A program made the position numbers and the translations under genes. A stretch of 64,000 nucleotides of DNA, taken from assembly GCA_050084515.1 (NCBI GenBank), contig CM114271.1:44702001-44766000 (forward strand), written 5' to 3'. Every line of letters starts with the position of its first letter. Positions within the stretch are counted from its first letter, which is position 1. The notes below the pieces were generated by a model. It saw only the letters and a program-made list of their open reading frames with translations. It ran no database searches and was not told the origin of the DNA. Shown piece by piece: positions 52,401 through 64,000 of the stretch. The DNA is from Blasia pusilla. Its lineage: Eukaryota.

Positions 52401-54535
52401 TTCTGCAATTGATACAGGAGGGCATTCCTTCCCTGTGCAGTGCTGGTGAACTCTTTCTTCCCTCCCCCGAGTTGTTGCAGCAGAGAGGCCTGCAATCTGC
52501 GAAGATCATCAGGCCTTTCACCGACTTCCACAGAAGCAAAGAGTCGCTTCTGAGATTTCTGGAGAGTCGTCACCACTTCATTGAGCAGAGTGGTCTTGCC
52601 AACCCCAGCTTGGCCATGAATTCCCACCAGACACACTCCAGACTTTTCAAAGAAATTGATGATATGGCCGACATGTTGCTCCTGCCCGATGCTCATGGAC
52701 TGTAAGGCAGGAGGCTTCTTGATGACAGATTGGGCCACACGGTTCCCGACTGCAGCCAGTGTGGCAAACATGAGATTGTCCTGCAAAACTTTAAGTTCAC
52801 CCAGGACTTCGTCGAGTTGCTGTGGCACTCCATCCGACAGAGACTTTCTGGCCATCCAGACACTCACGGGAGAGCAGCAGCTGCCGAATCGGTACACACG
52901 AGAAAAACGGTCAGCGCCATTGACGACAGAACATGGCAAGCTTCTGGGAATTGCGTGAAACATCTGGGGATCTCATAACAGAACGATGTCCTAAAGCGCG
53001 CTATCGAAAAGCGTCAACACTGCATTGAAACACGACTGAGCGAAGATCGTATACAGCGGTGTCCATGGTGTAGACCAGCACCTGTTGTATCGTTGACTCG
53101 AGTCGACTTTGGACTCCAGATGCTTGATGACGGAAAAAGCATACAGGAGGGTACCCGTTGCGATCTTGAAGATGTCGCTGTCTGTTTCCAAACAAAGCTT
53201 GAGCTCATCAATCTGGTCACCAATGTAGTCGATCTGTTGCTGAAGGGACGCCATTTTGTCCGTGCTGTAGGCCACGCAGTGAGTCCGTGCTGTCATATAC
53301 CCCACCATCTTGAAAGCCAGGCCAAACCAGCTCAAGTTACCGGCTTCTCTTAGTATTTCCCATTGCAGGTTCTCGAATATGAGAACGCGATCTTTCACCT
53401 GTGAGTCCGTCACCTACGCAGCAAGGAAATCAAAGTCATAACTCTAACAGGGTGGAACTTCACCTCGTCGCGCTGCTTTTCAGTGCGTCGCATCGCCTAC
53501 CGACTAGCCAACTACACGCGAGCTCCATCCATCAAACGAGAAAGTCCAGCAATCTCAAGATTAGCAATCGATTGTCTTCATTGGAGTACCGGGCTACCAT
53601 GTCGCCGGATGGTTCGACGACAGAAAAGAGAGAACACGGAGAGCACTGCGTGAAACGTGTATTTCTCCTGAACGGCCTCGGGACGGACGGGAGTGAGTGA
53701 GTGAGTCAAGGCGATAACGCCACGTCCCGTCGTAACGATCACGAGCACCTTGATCGCAGAACTTACAGCCTCCATCCCAGAAATTATCTAGCTGAGATTG
53801 CAGCGGCAGGAACACGGATGATTGCTGCTGATCATGAGACCGGGAGAGGACGGGAGGCCTTCAAAAACTGGATTGGCAAGATAATCGTTTCGATCTCCGT
53901 CCTCGCTCTTATAGTACTCCTCTCTCTGTGAAGCTTGCGGCCTTTCGGCATGAGAGGAGACGGAACAAGTAGGACTCACTCGACTTCTCCACTACAGACG
54001 GCTAGAGCAGGTGCGCGGACGCATTCGAGCAAGGAGAAGTAGGAGGAAAGAATCTGCTCAAAGGAAAGGCAGTGGTGGTGGGGAGGGACATGCCATCGGG
54101 AATTGGAGGGATTACGCACCTTTCTCCGCAGTTCTTCCAAGTAGACACTGTGTGAAGTCAGAAATTCGTCTACGCTCTTATAGTCCTCCTTGCTAAAGGC
54201 GACCGGCGTGCTGACATCGGGCTCGGGCTCTGGTACCGTCGGACTCATTGAGTCCTTGTCGCTGTATCTGGTAGGACTGGAGCACTCCTGCCATTTGGGA
54301 GTGGCGAAGGTGTTGGACTTGTCAAAGCGGAATGCGGTTCCGCTCTTCGGGGCCACCTTCCCGGCTTCAATTCGCCCACCGTCAGGCTCCCCTGTGGAGT
54401 TCGGCATCACGCCGTCGTCACGCACCCTGTTGGTCACTATATTGTTGAGAAGCCTCGTTTCTTCGGGTTGAGACATTACGATCACAAGTGCATCCTTCGT
54501 TCGAGAGGCGGAAATCGAGAGGTGTGGCCGCTCCA
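49420..54535 (-). CDS. NB-ARC-LRR (NLR) immune receptor with a non-TIR helical N-terminal domain. Confident exons 53398-53082, 52847-51575, 51265-50996, 50382-49420. Tentative upstream exons 54535-54120, 53787-53767, 53667-53590, 53496-53464
   Basis: P-loop GIHGQAGVGKTTL, kinase-2 IAIDNL, CDGNPLAL, FLDISIFF, MHDLL, and about 12 regular 24-aa LRRs (L..L.LS.C..L..LP.EIG). Phase-consistent GT-AG junctions. The start codon is unresolved; one candidate is exon 55709-55697 (MPYC, phase 1). Confidence 0.9.
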
Positions 54536-57500
54536 CTGCAGAGTAGTACCAACCTTGTCGAAATTTATGAGGGCAATGTTCCGATCAGATTTCACGTCCC
54601 TCGCTCGGAGGAAGCGTCGGATCCAGATCTAACACCTTGTTCCTCCCAAATCTACAAGCCGGCTCAGGTATGCACGGATAACTTCGCCAACCTGTGCACT
54701 ATCCAAATCTGACGAGTACTACTCCGGAAACGAAACTGGTTCTCCCCTGGACTCCTCTGCAGCTCCCGGAAATCCACATTCATTCGCCACCCCGGTACCT
54801 GTTTGGACTCCTCGGAGTCTTCAGAGATAGCCAGGCATTCGACGCAAACCATGCAGAGAACCCCTTCCGCGTGTGTTCTCTACCTCCTTCATGTTTTTTT
54901 CCCATTTCTCCGTCGCTTCAACATATCACACGCATGTGAGCGCCCGCTCACATGGATCCAATCGGCCGTTGCAGGTACACCGGGGATCTGGCCGTGACGA
55001 GCAATCTGGGCAATAATATCCAGACGACGCTCGGACTTATCGATCCAGTTGCCACCGCTCGAGTCCGATATGGAACGATTGCTCCCACAGAGAGGGGGGA
55101 GGAGCGCCTAGTCGGATAGTCGACGAAGGAAGCGTCCTGCCATCAGTTCGACGAGGAGATGAAGCATTTCCCTCGTCAGTTTGACATCCAACAATGCCAG
55201 CTCAGACAGACACGGGACAATGCGCGGAGATAAGGGGACGGCTGCGCGATGTACCGAGTCTTTGCGTCTCCGAATGCGAGCGAGTCAGGAACGATCGGCA
55301 GGCTGTGCAGCAGCGAGAGTAATAAAAGCCCCACGGAGACCTCTGGCTACGAACACCATGAGCGCGTCAATCCACGATGGTCGGAATCACAATTAGCTTC
55401 CCGCAGTGATGTACAACCACATCTAGCAGAGCCTTCGAAACTATTGTACCCCCGGGAAACATCGATGCCGTGTACAGTAAGAGAGACGCGCTGATAAGCT
55501 CTGTCTCTTGGCTCGAGACACCTTCATTGAGATTGGACCGGGAGCAAGCGAAGTGAGAGCCTGGGATCCAGAAAGTGCCGAAGGAAAGCAAAAGATGGCG
55601 AGTGAAATCGAGTGCGGTAAGATTACTGTGCCCACCCCCGACTGCCTGTCTCGCAGACTGCGGGGGTCACCGCCGAGTTTCCAACCGCACGCTTACCGCA
55701 GTAGGGCATAGCTCAGAGGGGCGAAGTGCTCTCGCTCGCTAGAAAGAGAAAGAAAGAAAGCAAAGCAGCGTACAATGGAAGCCGGGCAGCGACAGCCGAG
55801 AAGTGGGGGTCAGCGAGGGATCCATTGGGGCTACATCGACGGGCTCGATGGGCCCCACCTCACCCCCACCCCCACCCCCACCCCTCCGGCCGAGGAGGCC
55901 GTACCCCCGAGGCACGCAGGCCCGGCCCCCCCGTCTCGTCTATTCCACTGTGGGCCCCCACCTCTCTCCTCTGTCACCTCTCTCTCACCACCTCCTGCCT
56001 CTTCCTCCTCAAGTTGCTTTCGATCCGCATCACCAGCACTCAACGCCCCCCAACCAACAAAAACAACAACAACAACCACTATTTACCACGCCGATGTACG
56101 AGGAACCAGCCCCTCAGCTCTTCTTCGTGAATCATGACTCGCTCTTTCAGTCAGTCGGTCCGGCCGCTCCACACACTCGAGCACATTCAGCTCCACACGT
56201 CACGCCCTGCTGGTCCGTCTCTGCCCTCTGTCGTCTCCTCCATCCCTCCGTTCGTAGCTCCGCTTCGTTCCTCCTTCCTTCCGTTTGCGCCACCGTCGAC
56301 TCGGGGGGGCCGAGGAAGAGAGACGACCGCGGCAGAGGTACGATCTTCTTCATCACTGCTGCTCCTCTCTACCGAAACCCTACCCCGTCGCCTTTATGAC
56401 CAGCTTTTTTTCTTTCCTTTCCTTTCCTTTCCTTTCCTTTCCCACACTCGATATGAGATCTTGTGGTTGTTTGTTGCTACCTACGCAAGGCAAGGTCGCC
56501 GGCGCACTGCTGGAAGATCGAAGATCAGGCGCACCCTTCTCAAGGCTGCTGCGCTGAGATGTAGCGATTCGGCGAACCCGTATGGTGGTACACTCGTGGG
56601 AATGGGAAAATTCTCCCCCTGACTTACCGTTCGCTTGGCCGTCTCTGCCGTCTGTCGACCTGTCAGGCCCGTACAGGCATTTTGGCGATCCGTCGCCGAG
56701 GTTCGCAACTTCGCAACAGGCCGGGGGCTCTCGGGCTGTGATGATGGAGGGGGAGCCTGGGGGACTCCGGGCCAGCGGACCCTCCTGCGACGGCGGCGTT
56801 CACATAGTCGCCACGTGTCCATACCATCAATCATGCGCAGAAGCTCCTGCCTAAACCGTAGGATCCTCTCTGGAGACTCACAACAGTCGTCGATCCCTCT
56901 CGGCGCTATTCTCCGCATATTGCTCTCGCCGTGGAATCATTCCTTCCTTTCCCGATGGAGCTAGAGGCCTTTACATATTTTCCCCCCGCAGTCCAGTCCA
57001 CCACCCCCTCCTGGAACCCTGACTCCTCCTCAACCCGCGTCAGCTGCAGAGGAAGATCGACGGAGTCCTTCACGTCAGGCGACTCGGGCCGTTCTCAGGA
57101 CGACAGAGCAGAGAGTCAGAGAGACGGAGACGACGAAGACGACCGACACTGGGATACGTCTATACGGGGTAGCTTTGCCTCCAGAGACCGTACGATGGAT
57201 CCATAGAAATTCAACGCCGGCGAGTAAGACTCTTACTCGCCGGTGAGAACAAACTCGTGACGAAAAGAAAGTACCCAGTTGCCCTCTCCGGTACCTGCCC
57301 CTGACTGCGCTCCTGCCTCACAGGTAAAAATAGACAACTTCTCTCTACGTTTGGGTGACTCCGGATCTGCTGCTCTTCCTAAACAGGGACGCTGCCAAAA
57401 TCATGTGAGAGATAACAAATGACAGCGTCCATATTTCCTAAAATGCCGCTAATACAACATGCGAGATCCCTGGACACGGGAACTGGAAGGCATTCATGCG

Positions 57501-59029
57501 CAACAACCCACTGGTTCCTAATAGGGCGGCTCCAATGTGTCGCTATAAAGCTGGTTAAGGACGGTACTAGAACCTACACTCATATAAATTTCTCTCGTGG
57601 ACTTTTATGGTACGTGTTTCGTTACCATTGACACGAGCCACAAAACCTCCGTACGGATCTTAGGGTAGGAGATACCTCAAAATTTTGGGAAGTTGTCCAC
57701 ACTTGGGAAGACATGACCATTCCACATCCATGCTAAATTTTGAGTTTCTATGAATGAAATTTCATTTCCACAAGTTTCTAATATTGTAAAAAATGGACTC
57801 CGTGTGCGGTCCTTTGCGAGGGGGCGGGAGAGCGAGTAATTAGTGAACACATGTGGAGCAATGAACGGGGAGATCCGGGGTTACGAGTAATCGTAGCCGG
57901 CCAAAATCAAAATTTTCCGATTCAATCCAAACTCGTCAGGAAAATACTAGCAAGTTTAGGGGGATTTCTTTGTAAACGTATCTGAAAAGCCGGATGGAAA
58001 TCTAAGTTTACCGGTCCGGGCTCTGGAACACCGGTTCTCGTGAAAAAACTCCCCGGACTATGGTGTGGAGGACATGTGAATAGCCTAGTGGAGAGGGGAA
58101 AAAAGGGGAGTGTATGTAGGGGCCGTAAAAATATGATCATTTCTCTTGATGAAAAAATTATTTTAGTATGCAGTTCTAATGATTTGATCCTTTGGATCTC
58201 ATGGGTTTGATTTAATCAACCATTATCATATTTTCATAAATTAGACAATGTGATTCTTTCAGGTTTGAATTCTCCTAATTTTGAATTCTTTTACTCATTT
58301 CCATACAATCCTCACTTGACCCTCTGTAGTGATCACGGATGGCGGTATCCCAATCAGTGACACGTGTCACTAATTATCTCATGAAAATAGGGTACATCAT
58401 GACTCGTTTCACTATTTTGGGTATCACCATCCGGGATGCACTCCTCCCACAATAGTATAGATTACAACACACCAGAGGGATTCTTCAAGTAGAGATCATA
58501 GAATTTTAATCAAATGATGCCATGTGTTTGCATTTTTTTATCATATGGCCTAACATGCTGACTTTTTATTCCTCTTTGTGTTTTGTTTCAAAATGTTCCT
58601 TGTATTGTACCCTCTATCCAAATCACTCTCATACATTCTTTTATCTCAACAACAAAAAATTCTTATTGTAATTCAACTTAGAAACAAAATTCAAATTCTA
58701 TGAGATAAATTGTTGAGGCTATCATAGGAAGGTCTTTTCAAGTCCAAGAAGAGTGTTAATTGTGGAGTCTTCTCATGTGCATTTCATCAAACCTATATCT
58801 ATAAGGTCTCCAAAAATTAATTTGTCTAATATCTTTCTAAAGAAGAGAATATGATGAAAAAAAAAACCATTGGATCAAAAACTCCCTTAACATCATCGGC
58901 ATGCACCATATCCTGTATAAATGTAGCCTCCAAAAATTTTGAGAGATGAATTCCTTTCTATTAAGCAACTTCCTTTGTCCTTGAAAAGTTGAAAACCAAC
59001 ACACACCTTGTGTTATGAAACGTTCAAGT

Positions 59030-59429
59030 AAACAAGCATAATTTGGATCCTTGCACAATGGACTTGCATCATAATCTTCACTAAAAACCCACAAAGAGAT
59101 CTGAATTAATATAAACGATTAGAAAAGAAATCCATATACCAACTAATATGAAGACTGGATACCATCAATAGAAAAATGCATGTGTAAAAAGCTATGACAA
59201 CTTAAGAAAAACATCACATACTAGTAATGAAACAAGCATAATTTGGATCCTTGCACATTGGACTTGCATTGTAATCTTCACTTAAAACCCAGGAAGAGAT
59301 TTGAATGAATGGAAACCATTAGTAATGAAATCCATAAACCAAATAATATGAAGATTGGATACCATCGATGGAAGTATGCGTGCGTAAAAAGCTATGACAA
59401 CTTAAGAAAAAACATCACAAAATAGTAAT
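59030..59429. repeat. Tandem duplication of a ~200 bp unit
   Basis: AAACAAGCATAATTTGGATCCTTGCACA.TGGACTTGCAT...GCTATGACAACTTAAGAAAA.CATCACA occurs twice. Confidence 0.88.
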
Positions 59430-60994
59430 CAAATGATAGATCATCGCAATTTCTTCTTATCCGGCTATAAAATTATCCTCAAATCCGATCATTTTTCTAT
59501 TCCTAAGCGTTAGGAAAACAATCATAGATGTAACTTTAACCCCTAAAAAAGATGATAATGACATCCAACAAGATTATTTCCATGGGACGAAAGAAAGTAC
59601 CTGTCGTGCGCCTACTCTCCTTGAACGTTAATCTTGTTTGGTGCGGAAGCGTGCGTTCAGTAGGTCACGCTCTCAACGTTGATCTGCATCCAAACACGCA
59701 CTTCGGTTAGTCGGGTCTTGGATCAATCAGCGGGATTATTTTCCGAGTTCTCGTCTCAGACTCTCTCTTCAAGCTCAACCTTCCTAGTTTCGCGGTTTCC
59801 AACACGGGCAAGTCTCGAAAGACTTGGGACAGACTTTTCAGTCGGTTCGGGGAACTCAAACGGCGTTTTTCGCGCTTAGCGGTTCCAATCTGTCCGATGA
59901 ACATCCAATGAGTTCCTCACCAAGACTCGCACGAAGTGAATCTCGGGTTGGAATCCAAGTGTGGCGCATACAAAGTCCACTCCTTGGATCAGGTTTGGGT
60001 TTGGGTTTCGCGCCAAACTCGTTTCATCCGTGCCTCAAACGCCGTTTGGCGCCCAAAGTGGGGTTTCGTTTCCCGAGACATCTCAGAGAAGGTACTCCCC
60101 TTACTAGTACTTCTGGGGATCTCTGGGGGCCCCCCTACATTTAGGGAAAGACACCCGGGCCTCTCCAATTGGCCCTCAACCCGATTGCTCTCTGAATCGT
60201 TTTCGGCCAATATCTCATCCTGTACTTATGCGTTTGCTGAGATCTTTGGTGCGTTGGAAGCGTCTTGAGATCAGCTTTCCAACGCGCCCTTATTTGTTCC
60301 AAACGCATCTCGGAGCTCAACGTTATGGTCCTAAACACAGACAGATTCTCCCAAACGCTAGCCGTGTTCCAAACTGGTTCTCACCTCTTTGGCAACCAAC
60401 CTCCAAGACTCAACTCATCTCAAGTCTCGGCTTGCGTTTAGTCTAGGTTTCCTGGTCGTGACCACTAACGCATGAAACGCACAACTCTGTTCCGCGTTTC
60501 GTCTCTTAGGCTTTTCCAAGAGACTCTTCCAAACGCCTCTCCAAAGCGCAAACCTCGCGGCGTGAGTTCCTTTGAGTTCTGATGTTTCGCTTGGCGCGTA
60601 TTTGGTGTTGTTTGGTTATGAGGGTCACGACAGTACCCATCTTCTTTTGTAGACATTTTTGGCTTCTTAAGATTTATGAAAATAACATCTCATTTAAAGT
60701 CTCTCAGACCTAGAATGAGGACCATTAGATTCACCGAATTGAATGTTATGCGTAACTAACAATACGCTAGATTTTCATGCACCCATGCCCTTTTGGATCC
60801 TTCATGGCATCTCCAATGTACCACTATAACACTCAAATTCATTTTTCTACCAAAATACCTTGCATGAGTAGAGAACTCTTCAATATATCGACATGAGTTC
60901 TCCTGATTCTAAATATATACCGGTATAAGCACACATGTGTGATGTAAATTTTTTGCCAAATAGTTATCAAATATTAAAAATGAAAGAAGACACA

Positions 60995-61170
60995 TCTATA
61001 TTATTATTGGAGAGTGCCCCTTCATTACAAACTTCTCTCCTTTTGACACTTGGAAATTTCAATCGATAGGATCTCTCGCCTTCTGAGCCAATAGGATTGC
61101 TAGAAAATGATTTTTAATGGTCCTTGAGAGTTAATTATGAGAGATAATTCAAACTCGTGCTTACACTAAC
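60995..61170 (+). mobile_element. 5' end of a Helitron related to the 43452-44403 family
   Basis: A|TCTATATTATTATTGGAGAGTGCC...TTGACACTTGG resembles the reverse complement of 44340-44403. The 3' end was not identified. Confidence 0.5.
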
Positions 61171-63110
61171 AAGTCTTATCTAATTGTAGAAGGCTTCGAT
61201 CAAAGAGAAAAGACAACTCTTTGTTCTTGCAAGAAGACCTTTGTTGCTTTACTAGTCGCTTCATTCTATGCTTGCCACATGGCTTCATGGGAAGCACAAA
61301 ATGTGGTTTCTTCTTACAATTGTGCCCCTTTCTATCCTGTGCAATTTCACATATTGTGAATTATGGAAGTGTTTTCTCAAGAGGCCCCCTGTGGAAGTAG
61401 TGTATTATTAGTATCTAAGTGAGAACTATTTGTGCTTGCACATCTCCTAAATTTTTGGGACCGCATCACTTGAAGGAGGAGGACCTCGCTAGCAGGCAAA
61501 GTTCTTGTGAATGGGGAGGATGGCATCATAGTAGTGAGCATGGGGAATTCAACATGCATATTGTAGTAGTTAGTGTCATGTTTGTGTTCTCACCACGTAC
61601 GATGAGTGGGTTGTCATAAAATGTAAATTCAATAGTTGAACTATAGCTAAATCAATATTTAAAGACCCATAAGTAGATTAGAAATGCAATGGGAATATGT
61701 CGGAAATTCCTCACATCCTTGGTTGCGCAAGTTTGAGAATTGGTCACAAATCCATAGTTAGGTTCTTACATCCAACTTTCCATTGAATACAAGTTATAAA
61801 TATAATAGCTAAACAAGCATCTGGAAATTTTTTCCTAAAGGCCATGATCACGTGGCCACCTAAGCACAGGTGGTAAGAGGGGGAGGGAAGACACTATGAG
61901 TGCAATTGTCATAACAAATCATCATAAATTATGTTCATCTTGCATATTGGAAAGTGATTATATTTAAATTGGGTTGTCAAGAAAATCTTACTAAACAAGT
62001 ATTTGCATGATAGGGCAATATTATTGCTTGCTAGGGTCCATGGGCGAAAACAACCGGAGGAGTCATCCATTTGCTCATGGGCCCTAGCAATTTCCACTGT
62101 TTCATGTGGACCCTATCAAGCATTATTGATTTCCATGGCCCTATGGAAGAAATCCATCTCCACCATCGTACCAAACACCAATTTTCTCTCTTCCATTTAC
62201 ACTATTTGGAAAATAAAAAAGCTTTAAGATTTACAAACATCTATTTACTCGAAAATACAACAGAAATATATATATATATATATCTTTGCACCTCAATGCA
62301 ACAGCAATTAAAAGAAAAAAGATTTCCTATATTTCCCGTGGCTCCACACGGCATCAACTGCCCAGCAAATATGGTTCGAATCATTTTGCTCACTCCCGTA
62401 TGACCTCCCGTCCGTGGAAATGCCGGTGGTGATTTGTGACGGATCCCGTGTACCGGGGCAACTGAACCGAGTAACAGGTTTTTGGCGAAACAGAGTGTCT
62501 GGAGGCTAAAACAAGCGGCGGTTGGGAAAACATCGCACGAGCTAAATAAATTACGCACTCCCTCTAGAGTCTAGTCTACCGTTACATTAATTTGCAATAT
62601 CCCTTGAAGGAGAGCGGAGCGGAGCGAGCGCCCGTCTGACAGGACCACAGTGGCACGCAAATCAGCGGACTCTGCAGTCGTCATCAAATCTGGCCAAAGT
62701 GGACCGCTTCCCATTGGTCCGAAGTCATAACTCCCGGACACCATCGAAATTACCACTGCTGGATCGCGGAGGACCACAGCGACATAAAATCGAGATCTTT
62801 CGAGCGAAGCGCCACAGTAACTCCGCCTCGGGACATATTTTTACCAACGCCACCAATGGGAAGCCTCCCCGCTCGCGGAAACCACTTCACCCGTGGGCTG
62901 CGAAACCAGGCACGCATAATAATACCGGGCACCCGATATTCTTCCTAACCCGTGAGCATTCACCGACCCCGGTTACATCGAGGTTACCCGGCCTCTTTAA
63001 CCCGCCAGAGCACAGGGCGATAATAATAATAATAATAAATTCTTGTTCGCGGCCGTAAGGAAAACAGGAGAACGTTCCCGCGATCCACGGAAACCCTCCC
63101 GTCCCCGACT

Positions 63111-63156
63111 CCCCGCCCCCCCCGCCCCGCCCCGCCCCGCCCCGCCCCGCCCGCCC
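63111..63156. repeat. (CCCCG)n tract
   Basis: Direct reading. Confidence 0.9.
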
Positions 63157-64000
63157 TTGCCTCGGACACTATAGCGAAGGGAGGAGCGCGAGAAGAGCGG
63201 AGAGAGCGAGAAGCACGTTCACCGAGAAATTGTCTCGTTTGACACTTTAAAGCGCACTGACACCTTCCGCTGAGGCTAGAGGCCGCTACTACATTTAGTA
63301 CTAGACGCGTACTACCACAGTGGACGATCTGTAAAATCAGCGTATTAACTGATTTGTTCGATATTTATTGCTTTTTCCGAAGTGAGAAATATTTTTCCCC
63401 TTACTTTTCTCGCGAGACTGGACAGCCGGGCACTTTTGGAAATTCCATGTTGGACTGATTTACACACGTACTAATGTTGTTATTATTTTATAAATAAATT
63501 AAGCCTTTAAGGGCTCCACATACCCACTCTCGTGGACTAACACATCTAGTCTTTATGATATCCGTATTAATACACAAACTTCTAAGCATTTCATCACTCC
63601 AATACATGAGGAATGAGTTTTCACATGAGGATATCCTCAAATAATCATTTTCTTCAATGCAATCCATGGTGATAAAGACCCATAACAAAACCCTTTTAAA
63701 CATTGTGGGTACAAGTCTTTGAAAATTCATCTTCTACAATGCTCTTCTCCAAATGGTTCTAGTCATCCATGTCCACCAAGTCAATGTAGTCACTAAAAAT
63801 GGCCATAGGAAAATATGATGGAAAAAATGGAAATGATACATGATTGTTGATATTATTCAAGGTTTGAATCCCCCCAATATCTCATCTCTAAGGCATACTT
63901 GCACAAAACTCTCTCCATGATTTTCTACCATCCAATTAAGATGATTCAAAAGCATAATCCCACAAGGTGAACAAACTCACCAATCTCCATAACTTAAGAA

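Noticed and set aside
1-64000. CRISPR arrays, rRNA, tRNA or prokaryotic operons
   Set aside because: None seen. The repeats are tandem duplications without spacers, and the genes have spliceosomal introns.

Overview
Eukaryotic land-plant DNA with spliceosomal introns and abundant transposons; the TE and NLR types suggest a bryophyte, probably a moss (inference). Four recognisable genes are present: a spliced, organelle-type class II histone deacetylase (HDA14-like, +), mitochondrial CCMH (+), a single-exon AP-3 delta adaptin (-) and a multi-exon NB-ARC-LRR immune receptor with a non-TIR helical N-terminus (-). There is also an orphan helical protein with a hydrophobic hairpin and a decayed LRR gene. 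The rest is mostly degenerate TEs: Ty3/Gypsy elements whose integrase ends in a PHD finger, a Ty1/Copia element, a RepHel Helitron with non-autonomous relatives, and a CACTA end. The strongest hidden structure is a ~25 kb inversion (about 2644-27663), bounded by a 6-bp inverted microhomology (ATCGTT/AACGAT). It splits a Gypsy LTR and a Copia gag into complementary halves, and a second ~1 kb inversion lies inside the same Copia. Splice models and family assignments were made by eye and need checking.
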